Shown here in pieces: positions 21,208 through 31,710 of a stretch of 64,000 nt of DNA (position 1 is the first letter of the stretch; every line of letters begins with the position of its first letter). The position numbers and the translations under genes were made by a program. Source of the DNA: Flavobacterium sp. (GTDB lineage: Bacteria; Bacteroidota; Bacteroidia; Flavobacteriales; Flavobacteriaceae); contig NZ_JAWKMX010000004.1 in assembly GCF_041392005.1 (NCBI RefSeq), forward strand, positions 61,325-125,324. The letters are read 5' to 3'. The notes under the pieces were generated by a model, which saw only the letters and a list, made by a program, of their open reading frames with translations, was not told where the DNA came from and did not search any database.

Positions 21208-22074
21208 ATGATTAAAGAATCAGAATTAATACTAAACCCTGATGGTAGTATTTATCACATTAATTTAAAACCCGAAAATATTGCAAACGACATCATCTTT
21301 GTTGGCGACCAAAACAGAGTAGAAAAAATTACTAAACATTTCGATACTATTGAATTTACCACTCAAAAACGTGAATTTAAAACCCAAACAGGAACTTACA
21401 AAGGAAAGCGCATTACGGTTATGTCAACCGGAATTGGTCCAGATAATATTGATATTGTCATGAACGAATTAGATGCACTAGTAAACATCGATTTAAAAAC
21501 CCGAACCATAAAACCTGAACTTACTTCGTTAAACATTGTTCGTATTGGAACTTCGGGTTCATTACAAGCCGATATTCCTGTAGATAGTTTTGTAATGAGT
21601 CAATACGGTTTAGGTTTAGATAATATGCTACAATCGTATGTTATTGATAATATTTGCGAACACGAAATTGAAGACGCTTTTATTAAACAAACCAATTGGG
21701 ATTTACGAAAAGGACGTCCTTATGTAGTGGCAGGAAGCAAAAAATTAGCTACAAAATTAGAAAGCAATCAAATTTTTAAAGGATTTACAGGAACTGCTGG
21801 CGGATTCTATGGGCCACAAGGTAGAGTTTTACGTTTGGCTATTCAAGATCCAAAATTAAATACTAAAATGGATAGTTTTAATTATAACGGAACAAAAATG
21901 ACGAATCTCGAAATGGAAACAGGTGCCATTTACGGTTTGGGTAAACTCTTAGGGCATCAATGTTTATCGATGAATGCCATTATTGCCAATCGTGCCAACG
22001 GAACTTTTAGTAAAAATCCTTATAAAGCAGTTGATGAATTGATTGAATATACTTTGAATAAATTAGCCGAATAG
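21208..22074 (+). CDS. nucleoside (uridine/purine) phosphorylase family
   Basis: STGIGPDNIDI, IVRIGTSG, GFYGPQGR, NLEMET motifs. Confidence 0.9.
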   Translation: MIKESELILNPDGSIYHINLKPENIANDIIFVGDQNRVEKITKHFDTIEFTTQKREFKTQTGTYKGKRITVMSTGIGPDNIDIVMNELDALVNIDLKTRTIKPELTSLNIVRIGTSGSLQADIPVDSFVMSQYGLGLDNMLQSYVIDNICEHEIEDAFIKQTNWDLRKGRPYVVAGSKKLATKLESNQIFKGFTGTAGGFYGPQGRVLRLAIQDPKLNTKMDSFNYNGTKMTNLEMETGAIYGLGKLLGHQCLSMNAIIANRANGTFSKNPYKAVDELIEYTLNKLAE

Positions 22075-22077
22075 TAA

Positions 22078-22455
22078 ATGACTTTTCGTTTTGCAAGACA
22101 TACTAATAGTTTAGAAAAGCTAAAAAAATTTTACACTCAAGTTTTACACTTTGAAATATTAGGAAGTTTTGAAAATCATAATGGATATAATGGAATTTTT
22201 ATTGGAAAACAAAACCAAAATTGGCATTTAGAATTTACTGAAAATCAAGAAAAAATAGAATTTACATTTGGAGAAGATGACATGTTAGTATTCTATCCAC
22301 AAACCCAAATAGAATATCAAGATATTATTAATAGTATTATTGAAAATAACGTTCAATTAATTAAGTCCAAAAATCCGTATTGGAATGAAAATGGTAAAAT
22401 GTTTTTAGATCCAGATGGTTATAGAATAGTTGTTTCAAAATTAAAAGTAAAATGA
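22078..22455 (+). CDS. VOC/glyoxalase family protein (YycE-like)
   Basis: RFARHT, WHLEFT, NPYW..G..FLDPDGYRIV. Confidence 0.85.
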   Translation: MTFRFARHTNSLEKLKKFYTQVLHFEILGSFENHNGYNGIFIGKQNQNWHLEFTENQEKIEFTFGEDDMLVFYPQTQIEYQDIINSIIENNVQLIKSKNPYWNENGKMFLDPDGYRIVVSKLKVK

Positions 22456-22898
22456 TAAATAAAATAGATCAATTTGATAGATTACTAAGTCAAATTAAGA
22501 TTTCAAAGAAGTTTTTTGAAATTGATGATTTTGAATTAAAATTAACTCAAAAATGGTCTAAAAAAGAAATTTTAGGACATTTAGTAGATTCTGCAATTAA
22601 TAATATTCAACGTTTTACAGAAATTCAATATTTAGAAAAACCTTACATAATAAGAAAATATCAACAAGATGAATTGGTACAATCCAATAACTATCAAAAT
22701 AAAAATAGTGATGATTTAATCAATTTATGGTTACAATTAAATAGTCATATTTTATATCTTATTAATAATCAAACGAAAGAAACCTTATCCTATCAAATTA
22801 TTCTTCCCAACCAAGAAATGTCTAATTTTAAATTTTTAATTGAAGACTATTTAAACCATTTATTTTATCATTTAAAGCAAATAAACCATGAATTTTAA
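22452..22898 (+). CDS. DinB family protein
   Basis: KWSKKEILGHLVDSAINN..DYLNHLFYHLKQI. Confidence 0.85.
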   Translation: MINKIDQFDRLLSQIKISKKFFEIDDFELKLTQKWSKKEILGHLVDSAINNIQRFTEIQYLEKPYIIRKYQQDELVQSNNYQNKNSDDLINLWLQLNSHILYLINNQTKETLSYQIILPNQEMSNFKFLIEDYLNHLFYHLKQINHEF

Positions 22899-23406
22899 CC
22901 TAGAAACGCAACGTTTATTGCTTCGTCCCTTACAACTTTCCGATGCAGATGATATGTTTATAATGGACAGTAATCCTAATGTACATATTTATTTAGGAAA
23001 CAATCCGCTTACTTCTAAAGAAGAAAGTATAGGTTACTTAAAAAATATACTAAATCAATACGAAGAAAACGGAATTGGTCGTTTTGCAATGATTACTAAA
23101 AACAGTAATAAATTTGTTGGCTGGTGCGGTTTAAAGTTTATTACCGAAGAAGAAAATAATCATTCTCATTTTTACGAAATTGGTTACCGATTAAAAGAAG
23201 AATTTTGGGGAAAAGGGTATGCGTATGAAGCTGCAAAAGCTTGGTATAGTTATGCTTTTACAATTTTAAAAGTTGATACTTTATATGCCTCTGCTCATAT
23301 TGATAATAAAGGTTCTCGTAGAATTTTAGAAAAATTAGGATTACAATTTAAAAACGAATATACTTGGAATAACCATATTCCTTGTGTTTGGTACGCTTCA
23401 AAATAA
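22888..23406 (+). CDS. GNAT N-acetyltransferase (RimJ/RimL type)
   Basis: ETQRLLLRP, FVGWCGL, EIGYRL..FWGKGYA, SRRILEKLG. Confidence 0.9.
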   Translation: MNFNLETQRLLLRPLQLSDADDMFIMDSNPNVHIYLGNNPLTSKEESIGYLKNILNQYEENGIGRFAMITKNSNKFVGWCGLKFITEEENNHSHFYEIGYRLKEEFWGKGYAYEAAKAWYSYAFTILKVDTLYASAHIDNKGSRRILEKLGLQFKNEYTWNNHIPCVWYASK

Positions 23407-23438
23407 TCAGTAATCAGTTTCAGTACAGTATTCAGTAT

Positions 23439-23942
23439 ATGAATTTTAAAGAATTAATCGAAAAAGTAAAACAAATTCCGTACGGAAGAAATTCAAACAG
23501 AACTGATTTTTCGTTGATTTTAACCGAAAATAAGGGAACATGCAGCTCAAAGCACGCTTTTTTAAAAGATTTTGCCGATAAAAATGATATTGAAAACGTA
23601 AAATTGTATATCGGAATTTTTAAAATGAACGAACAAAATACGCCTAAAATAGCACCCATTTTATCGCAAAACAAATTAGATTATATTCCCGAAGCACATT
23701 GTTATTTGAGAGTAAATACTGAAGTTATTGATGTTACTACTCAAAACTCACTTTTCGAAACCATAAAAAACGATATTTTAGAAGAAATTGAAATTCAGCC
23801 CGAACAAGTAATTGATTTTAAAGTAAATTATCATCAAGACTTTTTAAGAAATTGGCTAAAAACATCGCATCAAACAAAAACTTTTAACGAAGTTTGGAAA
23901 ATTAGAGAAGAGTGTATTACAAAACTATCTACTAACATTTAA
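23439..23942 (+). CDS. hypothetical protein, putative transglutaminase-like Cys-His-Asp fold
   Basis: ATG at 23439; GTCSSKH, PEAHCYL and IDVT motifs in triad order. Confidence 0.6.
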   Translation: MNFKELIEKVKQIPYGRNSNRTDFSLILTENKGTCSSKHAFLKDFADKNDIENVKLYIGIFKMNEQNTPKIAPILSQNKLDYIPEAHCYLRVNTEVIDVTTQNSLFETIKNDILEEIEIQPEQVIDFKVNYHQDFLRNWLKTSHQTKTFNEVWKIREECITKLSTNI

Positions 23943-23952
23943 ACTACAAGTA

Positions 23953-24798
23953 ATGAAAACCATAAAAATAGCAGGTGTACCCGAACATTTTAATTTACCA
24001 TGGCAAATGTGCATCGAAAATGGCGAATTTGAAGAAGTTGGTATTAATTTACAATGGACAGATGTGCCCGAAGGAACAGGAAAAATGTGCCAAATGCTTC
24101 GCAATAACGAAACTGATATTGCGGTAATTCTTACCGAAGGAATTGTAAAAGATATTATTGCAGGAAATTCGAGTAAAATTGTGCAAGTATATGTACAATC
24201 GCCACTTATTTGGGGAATTCACGTAGCCGCTAATTCTAATTACAAAAAATTAGACGATTTAAACGGAACAAAAGCAGCTATATCGCGCTACGGTTCAGGT
24301 TCGCATTTAATGAGTTTTGTAAACGCACAAAATCAAGGTTGGAATACAAACAATCTTCAATTTGAAATTGTAAATACTATTGAAGGTGCGGTTGATGCAC
24401 TAACTACCCATAAAGCCGATTATTTTATGTGGGAACGCTTTATGACCAAACCTTTGGTCGATAACGGAACGTTTCGCAAAATTGCCGACTGCCCTACTCC
24501 GTGGCCATGTTTTGTAATTGCTGTTAGAAATGAAATTTTAGAAAAAGAACCGCATATTATAGAACACATTTTAGAAATTATCAATACCACAACAGAAGAG
24601 TTTAAATATATTCCAAGTATCGATAGAACACTAGCCTCTAAATTCAATCAAAAAATTGAAGATATTCGAGAATGGCTTTCGCTAACGCAATGGTCTCAAA
24701 AACAGATTGATAAAAAAACAATAGAAAAGGTACAACAACAATTATTTTCGTTAAATATTATTGAAAAAATAGCTCCATTTGAAGCAATCGCTAAATAA
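23953..24798 (+). CDS. type 2 periplasmic-binding-fold protein (NMT1/THI5-like), no signal peptide
   Basis: GVPEHFNLPW, PEGTG, AISRYGSGSHLM, FMWERFMTKP. Confidence 0.75.
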   Translation: MKTIKIAGVPEHFNLPWQMCIENGEFEEVGINLQWTDVPEGTGKMCQMLRNNETDIAVILTEGIVKDIIAGNSSKIVQVYVQSPLIWGIHVAANSNYKKLDDLNGTKAAISRYGSGSHLMSFVNAQNQGWNTNNLQFEIVNTIEGAVDALTTHKADYFMWERFMTKPLVDNGTFRKIADCPTPWPCFVIAVRNEILEKEPHIIEHILEIINTTTEEFKYIPSIDRTLASKFNQKIEDIREWLSLTQWSQKQIDKKTIEKVQQQLFSLNIIEKIAPFEAIAK

Positions 24799-24826
24799 AA
24801 ATGTACTTTTGTCGTTTTGAATTAAA

Positions 24827-25756
24827 ATGATAACCTTTCCAAAAATTTCATTACAACAATTAAAAGAAAAACTTTCTTTACCAAAACCTTGGGACTCGGT
24901 TATTATTTTAACCCTAAATATACTTATAACAATTCCTGTTTTTATTATTGCACATCAAAATTTAATTGAGTTAAATTGGCCGTTTCATCTAGATAGAATA
25001 CTGCTTTTTACATTTATTCTAATTGTTATTCAGCTTGTTTTACGTCTTATGAAAACCATTCTTGTTGTTTGCATTTTTATATATATGCTAGTGCTAACCT
25101 ACGGAACATTGTTTGGAAATTATGGCTTTCAACGCGTTTTCGACGATTACCGTTATATGATTTATGCCATGGCCGAAAATCCGAAACCTCAAGATATTAT
25201 TATTTCTAAACTACTGCCTTTTCCTAACAAATCAAAAATTATTGATGCTGTAGATTACACCAATCCAAAAGTTAGAAATTTTGCAGTTTACGCCACAACA
25301 CAACACTTTAAAAACATTAAACATACCGAAAAAGACAGACGAATGATTCAATGTTTTGCTGTTTTTGCCGAAATAAAAAAAAGGTGGAATTACGTAAACG
25401 ACCCAAAAGGAAGCGAATATATAGCCTACGCTTCAGAAAGTTTACAACATTTTTCTGGCGATTGCGACGATCATGCCATTTTAATGGCGGCTTGTATAAA
25501 AGCTATTGGTGGTTCACCCCGATTAATTCATACAGGCGGACACATTTACCCAGAAATGCTCATAGGCAATAATAGCGATTTAGAAACGGCCATTTATTTA
25601 ATTAAAGAAGTTTTGTTTAGTGCCGAAAGTAAAGGTAAAGATATTCATTACCACATAGACGAACGCGGAAAAATTTGGTTAAACCTCGATTATACAGCAA
25701 CCTACCCTGGCGGACCATTTATGAAAGAAGAAATTTTAGGAGAATTAACATTATAA
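24827..25756 (+). CDS. membrane-anchored transglutaminase-like domain protein
   Basis: Three N-terminal TM segments; WNYVNDP, GDCDDHA, HIYPE, LNLDYT. Confidence 0.8.
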   Translation: MITFPKISLQQLKEKLSLPKPWDSVIILTLNILITIPVFIIAHQNLIELNWPFHLDRILLFTFILIVIQLVLRLMKTILVVCIFIYMLVLTYGTLFGNYGFQRVFDDYRYMIYAMAENPKPQDIIISKLLPFPNKSKIIDAVDYTNPKVRNFAVYATTQHFKNIKHTEKDRRMIQCFAVFAEIKKRWNYVNDPKGSEYIAYASESLQHFSGDCDDHAILMAACIKAIGGSPRLIHTGGHIYPEMLIGNNSDLETAIYLIKEVLFSAESKGKDIHYHIDERGKIWLNLDYTATYPGGPFMKEEILGELTL

Positions 25757-25827
25757 TTGCGAAATAAGTTAAAAAACTTTGCCCATTTAAAAAGTTTGTA
25801 ATACTTTTAAGTTACAAAACTATTTGC

Positions 25828-28050
25828 ATGTCAGAACTAGAATTAGAAGCCGAAAACAAAGCCATTGCGCAAGAATATAAAGAACTACTTCGCATCAGCT
25901 ATCAAACACTTTCAAGTGACGATAAAAAACTCATTCGAAAAGCCTTTGACGTTGCTGTAGATGCACACAAAGATCAGCGTCGAAAATCGGGAGAAGCCTA
26001 TATTTTTCATCCTATTGCTGTAGCTAAAATTGTAGCATCAGAAATTGGTTTAGGTGCTACTTCTATAGCCGCGGCATTAATGCACGATGTAGTAGAAGAC
26101 ACTGAAATTACAGTAAAAGATATCGAAAATATGTTTAATCCTAAAATTGCAAAAATTGTAGAAGGATTAACCAAAATTGCTAAAGTAAAAACCGAACACG
26201 ATGTATCGTTACAAGCCGAAAATTTTCGTAAAATGCTGCTCACACTACACGAAGATGTTCGAGTTATCCTAATAAAAATTGCCGATCGTTTACACAATAT
26301 GCAAACAATGGACAGCATGGCCGATTATAAACAGGCAAAAATTGCATCGGAAACACTTTATATTTACGCACCACTCGCTCACCGTTTAGGACTCTATAAC
26401 ATAAAAACGCAACTTGAAGATTTAGGATTAAAATATACTGAACCAAAAATTTACAACGAAATTGTAAGTAAAATAAAAGAAACCAAGCAAGAACAAGATG
26501 CGTATATAAAATCTATTTCCGATGTTTTAACCCAATCGTTACAAGATGAAAATATAGATTTTATTATAAAAGGACGACCAAAATCTATTTATTCCATTAG
26601 ACGAAAAATGCGAACACAAGATGTAAGTTTTGAAGAAGTTTACGACAAGTTTGCACTTCGCATTATTTACAAATCGAAACCAAACGATGAAAAATTTTTA
26701 GCTTGGAAAATTTATTCCGTTGTAACCGATCATTACAGACCAAGTCCTAGCCGTTTGCGCGATTGGATTTCATCGCCAAAATCTACAGGGTACGAAGCAT
26801 TGCATATAACCGTTATGGGACCAAAAGGCCGCTGGGTAGAAATTCAAATTCGTAGTGAACGTATGGATGAAATTGCCGAAAAAGGCTACGCAGCGCACTA
26901 CAAGTATAAAAATGCCGATGCAGAAGAACACGGTCTCGAAATTTGGCTCAATCAATTAAAAGAAGCACTTGAAAACCAAACCACGAATGCAGTAGATTTT
27001 GTAGAAGATTTTAAATTAAATTTATACGCCAAAGAAATTTATATTTTTACACCAAAAGGTGATATAAAATCGTTACCAAAAGACGCTACTGCACTCGATT
27101 TTGCTTTTGCAATTCATACCGATGTTGGTTTAAAAACAAGAGGAACTAGGGTAAACGGAAAATTAGTACCACTTAATTATGTACTAAGTAGTGGCGACCA
27201 AGTAGAAGTAATTACTTCTCCAAATCAAAAGCCTACGTTACAATGGCTAGATTTTGTTACCACAGCAAGAGCCAAAACTAAAATAAAAAATGCGCTTAAC
27301 GAAAATGCTAAAAAAATTGCCGAAGACGGAAAAGAAATCCTTACACGAAAACTTCGACACTTAAAAATAACACTTAACGAATCTACAACTAACGAATTAG
27401 TTAATTATTTTAAACTGAAAACCAGTTTAGATTTATTTTATAGAGTTGGCATAGGCGCAATAGACAACCAAAATTTAAAAGATTTTGCGGCACAAAAAAG
27501 TAATACTTTAGTAAACTTTTTTAAGAAAACTATTAAACGTAGCGGAACAAATGTAAATTCCGAGCAACTAAACGCTAATGTATTAAGCAAAAACTACGAC
27601 TTATTAGTATTTGGTAAAGATGAAGAAAAATTAGATTATAAATTTGCAAATTGTTGTAACCCTATTGCTGGCGACGATGTTTTTGGGTTTGTAACCATAA
27701 ACGAAGGTATAAAAGTTCATAAAAAAGATTGCCCAAATGCTATTAGTATGCAATCCAATTATGCGTATCGTGTAATTCAAGCTAAATGGATAGATTCTAG
27801 CCAAGAAGAATTTAAAGCTATTATACAAATTCAAGGAATCGATACAATGGGATTAACTAACGAATTAACACGAGTTATATCAAACGAAATGCTCGTTAAC
27901 ATTCAAAGTTTATCTTTAAATGGAAATGCAGGTATTTTTAATGGAAAAATTACCGTTGTAGTACCTAACAACAATGTATTAAAAAAACTTATGGACAACA
28001 TTAAAAAAGTAGATGGTGTAGATAAAGTAATTCGTTTAAATAAAAATTAA
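25828..28050 (+). CDS. relA: bifunctional (p)ppGpp synthetase/hydrolase (RSH)
   Basis: HD domain (ALMHDVVED, KIADRLHNM), synthetase (GRPKSIYSI, YEALH, EIQIR), TGS and ACT domains. Confidence 0.95.
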   Translation: MSELELEAENKAIAQEYKELLRISYQTLSSDDKKLIRKAFDVAVDAHKDQRRKSGEAYIFHPIAVAKIVASEIGLGATSIAAALMHDVVEDTEITVKDIENMFNPKIAKIVEGLTKIAKVKTEHDVSLQAENFRKMLLTLHEDVRVILIKIADRLHNMQTMDSMADYKQAKIASETLYIYAPLAHRLGLYNIKTQLEDLGLKYTEPKIYNEIVSKIKETKQEQDAYIKSISDVLTQSLQDENIDFIIKGRPKSIYSIRRKMRTQDVSFEEVYDKFALRIIYKSKPNDEKFLAWKIYSVVTDHYRPSPSRLRDWISSPKSTGYEALHITVMGPKGRWVEIQIRSERMDEIAEKGYAAHYKYKNADAEEHGLEIWLNQLKEALENQTTNAVDFVEDFKLNLYAKEIYIFTPKGDIKSLPKDATALDFAFAIHTDVGLKTRGTRVNGKLVPLNYVLSSGDQVEVITSPNQKPTLQWLDFVTTARAKTKIKNALNENAKKIAEDGKEILTRKLRHLKITLNESTTNELVNYFKLKTSLDLFYRVGIGAIDNQNLKDFAAQKSNTLVNFFKKTIKRSGTNVNSEQLNANVLSKNYDLLVFGKDEEKLDYKFANCCNPIAGDDVFGFVTINEGIKVHKKDCPNAISMQSNYAYRVIQAKWIDSSQEEFKAIIQIQGIDTMGLTNELTRVISNEMLVNIQSLSLNGNAGIFNGKITVVVPNNNVLKKLMDNIKKVDGVDKVIRLNKN

Positions 28051-28126
28051 GTTAACCGTTATCTGTTTTCTGTTAGCGTTTTTTCTAATTTCTAAATTCT
28101 AATTTCTAAATTCTAATTTTTAAAAG

Positions 28127-28134
28127 TATCTTTG
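28127..28134 (+). promoter_or_regulatory. -7 promoter box for fur-purA
   Basis: TATCTTTG matches TAnnTTTG. Confidence 0.6.
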
Positions 28135-28156
28135 CAACGATTTATAAAAATTTCCG

Positions 28157-28594
28157 ATGGAAAACAATAACAATCAAGAAATTGTAAAAAACGTATTTAC
28201 CAATTATTTAGAAGAAAAAGCACATCGTAAAACTCCAGAACGCTACGCTATTCTTCAAGAAATATACAACTCTAACGAACATTTCGATATAGAATCATTA
28301 TATATCAAAATGAAAAATAAAAATTACCGCGTAAGTCGTGCCACTCTTTATAATACTATCGAACTATTACTTGATTGTGGCTTAGTGCGTCGCCATCAAT
28401 TTGGACAAAACCAAGCGCATTATGAAAAATCGTATTTCGACAAGCAACACGATCATATTATTTTAACCGACACAGGTGAAGTTATCGAATTTTGCGATCC
28501 TCGAATTCAACAAATAAAACAAACCATGGAAGAAATTTTTGGTGTTGAAATTCAAAACCACTCACTATATTTTTACGGAACAAAAAAGAAATAA
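28157..28594 (+). CDS. fur: Fur family transcriptional regulator
   Basis: [34 protein letters not shown]. Confidence 0.9.
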   Translation: MENNNNQEIVKNVFTNYLEEKAHRKTPERYAILQEIYNSNEHFDIESLYIKMKNKNYRVSRATLYNTIELLLDCGLVRRHQFGQNQAHYEKSYFDKQHDHIILTDTGEVIEFCDPRIQQIKQTMEEIFGVEIQNHSLYFYGTKKK

Positions 28595-28628
28595 TTTTAA
28601 TTCATAAACACACAACAAACAACACAAA

Positions 28629-29900
28629 ATGACTGTAGATTTATTACTCGGATTACAATGGGGCGACGAAGGCAAAGGAAAAATTGTTGACGTACTTACT
28701 TCAAAATACGATATTATAGCTCGTTTTCAAGGCGGACCAAACGCAGGACACACATTAGAATTTGACGGAATAAAACACGTTTTACGCACTATCCCTTCAG
28801 GAATTTTTCATAAAAACGCTATAAATATCATTGGAAACGGTGTCGTTATTGACCCTGTGGTTTTTCAAAAAGAATTAGAAGGGTTAGCAAAATTTGACAT
28901 GGATGTAACTTCTAAATTATTCATTTCAAGAAAAGCACACTTAATTCTTCCAACGCATAGATTGCTTGATGCTGCTTCCGAAGCTTCAAAAGGAAAAGCA
29001 AAAATTGGTTCTACTTTAAAAGGAATTGGCCCTACTTATATGGACAAAACAGGTAGAAACGGTCTGCGAATTGGCGATATTGAACTAGCCGATTTTAAAC
29101 AGCGCTACCGCAATTTAGCCGATAAACACCAAGCAATGATTGCTTTTTATGATGTCGATTTACAGTACGATTTAAAAGAAATGGAAGAAGAATTTTTTGA
29201 AGCTATTACTGCATTAAAACAACTCACTTTCATAGACAGCGAAGACTATTTAAACCAAGCCTTAAAAAAAGGAAAATCTATTTTAGCAGAAGGCGCACAA
29301 GGTTCTCTTTTAGATGTCGATTTTGGCACTTATCCTTTTGTAACATCATCAAACACTACTGCTGCAGGCGCTTGTACAGGTCTAGGAATTGCACCAAACA
29401 AAGTAAAAGACGTTTTTGGTATTTTTAAAGCCTATACTACTCGTGTAGGTTCCGGACCTTTCCCAACAGAATTATTTGATGAAGTAGGACAAACAATGGC
29501 AAAAGTAGGTAACGAATTTGGCTCTGTAACAGGTCGTGCTCGTCGTTGTGGCTGGCTCGATTTAGTAGCGCTAAAATATGCCGTTCAAGTAAATGGCGTA
29601 ACCGCATTATATATGATGAAAGGCGATGTGCTTTCGGGCTTTAATACTTTAAAAGTTTGCACTGCATACAAATATAAAGGCGAAACTATAAAACATCTTC
29701 CATATACTATTGAACCCGAAAATCTTGAACCAATTTATACCGAAATGAAAGGATGGAATGCCGATTTAACCGAAATGACATCGTATAATGAATTACCACA
29801 AGAACTTAAAAATTATATTTCGTTTATAGAAGAAGAACTTGAAGTTCCTATTACAATAATTTCTGTCGGACCCGATAGAACGCAAACCATTTCAAAATAA
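28629..29900 (+). CDS. purA: adenylosuccinate synthetase
   Basis: GLQWGDEGKGK, QGGPNAGHT, EGAQG, GSVTGRARRCGW. Confidence 0.98.
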   Translation: MTVDLLLGLQWGDEGKGKIVDVLTSKYDIIARFQGGPNAGHTLEFDGIKHVLRTIPSGIFHKNAINIIGNGVVIDPVVFQKELEGLAKFDMDVTSKLFISRKAHLILPTHRLLDAASEASKGKAKIGSTLKGIGPTYMDKTGRNGLRIGDIELADFKQRYRNLADKHQAMIAFYDVDLQYDLKEMEEEFFEAITALKQLTFIDSEDYLNQALKKGKSILAEGAQGSLLDVDFGTYPFVTSSNTTAAGACTGLGIAPNKVKDVFGIFKAYTTRVGSGPFPTELFDEVGQTMAKVGNEFGSVTGRARRCGWLDLVALKYAVQVNGVTALYMMKGDVLSGFNTLKVCTAYKYKGETIKHLPYTIEPENLEPIYTEMKGWNADLTEMTSYNELPQELKNYISFIEEELEVPITIISVGPDRTQTISK

Positions 29901-29907
29901 TTTAAAA

Positions 29908-29938
29908 TAAAAAAGTGCTTTTATAAAGCACTTTTATT
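29908..29938 (+). terminator. intrinsic terminator
   Basis: aaaaagtgctt-ttat-aaagcactttt hairpin. Confidence 0.7.
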
Positions 29939-30006
29939 ATAAAAATTTCTTAATACTAACTGCCTTCATTACTTTTTACTTATTTTTGACTTAAAATAAA
30001 ACTGAA

Positions 30007-31659
30007 TTGAAAAAAGTAATTTTATACCTTATAATTCTATTGTTTGGTGTGCAATTTGCACACTCGCAAGAAGAAGAAAACACGAATACTATAAAAATTG
30101 TAAAAAACGATTTTGTCGATAGAAATGAAGATGAAATACCTGGCGCAACAGTATTTACAGGAAATGTAGAAGTAGTACATAAAGGCGTTATAATTAATTG
30201 TAATAAAGCATACTATTTTGATAAAGAAAATTACGTAAAAGCCTTTGGAAATGTGCGTATTAACCAAGGCGATAGCATTACATTAAATAGTCAATATGCC
30301 GAATACGATGGAAAAAAAGAATTAGCCATTGCAACAGGAAATGTGCTACTGCGTTCGCCAGAATCTACATTAACAACCGATACCATTTATTATGACAAAG
30401 CTAGGCAAATGGCATTTTATAATAATTCTGGAACTATTGTAAATAAAGAAAATACGCTAAAAAGTAGATCGGGTAAATATTATGTTAATGCCAAAATGTA
30501 CCAATTTACTACACGCGTAGTTGTTACAAATCCTAAAGCGAAAATAGAAACCAATAGGTTAGATTATTACGAAAACTCGGGGCATGCCTACGTTTTTGGA
30601 CCATCAAACATTTACAATCAAGGAAATGTAATTTATACCGAAAACGGATTTTACGATACAAAACGAAATACAGGTATTCTTAAAAAGAACTCCAAAATTT
30701 ACTACGATAATAAAATTATAGAAGGCGACGAACTTTTTTACGATAGAAACAAAAATTTTTCAAAAGGAATAAACAATGTAAAAATTACCGACACCTTAAA
30801 CAATATGGTAGCAAAAGGACATTATGCCGAATTATGGCGCAATGCTCAAACCCGAAAAGATTCTATTATTCTTACCAAAAAAGCACTTGTAATAACTAAA
30901 GTTGAAGGCGATTCTCTTTATATGCACGGAAAAAAAATGTTAGTTACCGGACCTCCAGAAGACAGGGTTATTCGTGCTTTTAACAACGTTCGTTTTTACA
31001 AAACCGATATGAGTGGAAAATGCGATTCTATACACTCTAACAATAAAACGGCGCTAACAAAACTTATTGGAAATCCTGTAGTTTGGAACAACGACAACCA
31101 AATGACTGGCGATATTATGCACCTAATAGGAAATAACAAAACCGAAAAACTCGATTCGTTAAAAGTACTTAATAACGCGTTTTTAATTCAAAAAGACACA
31201 TTAAGCAAAAATGGCTACAACCAAATGAAAGGTCAAAATTTATACGGTAGATTTGAAGACAATAAACTTCGTGAAGTTGACATTATAAAAAACACCGAAT
31301 CTATCTATTATATGTATTCCGAAGACAATGAACTTATAGGAATAGATAAGAAAAAGTGTAGTAAAATAAATTTACAAATTACCGATAATCAAATTGAAAC
31401 CGTTACAGCTTACAAAGATGTAGAAAGTAACTTATATCCAGAAGACGAATTTCCAGAAAACGCCAGAAAATTAAGAGGATTTACTTGGCGTGGCGATGAA
31501 CGTATTAAATCGAAAAACGACATTTTTCCCGAAGAAGAATTAGAACTCGACAAACAAATTCAAATAGAAGCCAAACAAAAAGCCGAAGAAAACGAAACGC
31601 CAATGGAAGTTTTGCCTGAAACTTTGGAATATGATGAAAAGAATAAAAGTGAAAAGTAA
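30007..31659 (+). CDS. OstA-like (LptA/LptD N-domain) protein
   Basis: TTG start, signal peptide, beta-jellyroll repeats (FTGNVEVVH, AFGNVRI, ATGNVLL), SGKCDSIH, LRGFTWRGDER. Confidence 0.85.
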   Translation: MKKVILYLIILLFGVQFAHSQEEENTNTIKIVKNDFVDRNEDEIPGATVFTGNVEVVHKGVIINCNKAYYFDKENYVKAFGNVRINQGDSITLNSQYAEYDGKKELAIATGNVLLRSPESTLTTDTIYYDKARQMAFYNNSGTIVNKENTLKSRSGKYYVNAKMYQFTTRVVVTNPKAKIETNRLDYYENSGHAYVFGPSNIYNQGNVIYTENGFYDTKRNTGILKKNSKIYYDNKIIEGDELFYDRNKNFSKGINNVKITDTLNNMVAKGHYAELWRNAQTRKDSIILTKKALVITKVEGDSLYMHGKKMLVTGPPEDRVIRAFNNVRFYKTDMSGKCDSIHSNNKTALTKLIGNPVVWNNDNQMTGDIMHLIGNNKTEKLDSLKVLNNAFLIQKDTLSKNGYNQMKGQNLYGRFEDNKLREVDIIKNTESIYYMYSEDNELIGIDKKKCSKINLQITDNQIETVTAYKDVESNLYPEDEFPENARKLRGFTWRGDERIKSKNDIFPEEELELDKQIQIEAKQKAEENETPMEVLPETLEYDEKNKSEK

Positions 31660-31703
31660 TTAGTGAAGAGTGATTAGTGATTAGTAACTATTCATTAGTA
31701 TTA
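31648..31703 (+). repeat. left heptamer array (AGTRATT/AGTRAAG)
   Basis: agtgaaa agtaatt agtgaag agtgatt agtgatt agtaact attcatt agtatta, eight in-phase units. Confidence 0.9.
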
Positions 31704-31710
31704 TACAATT

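Noticed and set aside
22078-23942. Integron cassette array
   Set aside because: No attC-like RYYYAAC..GTTRRRY palindromes between the genes and no integrase; the genes overlap directly.
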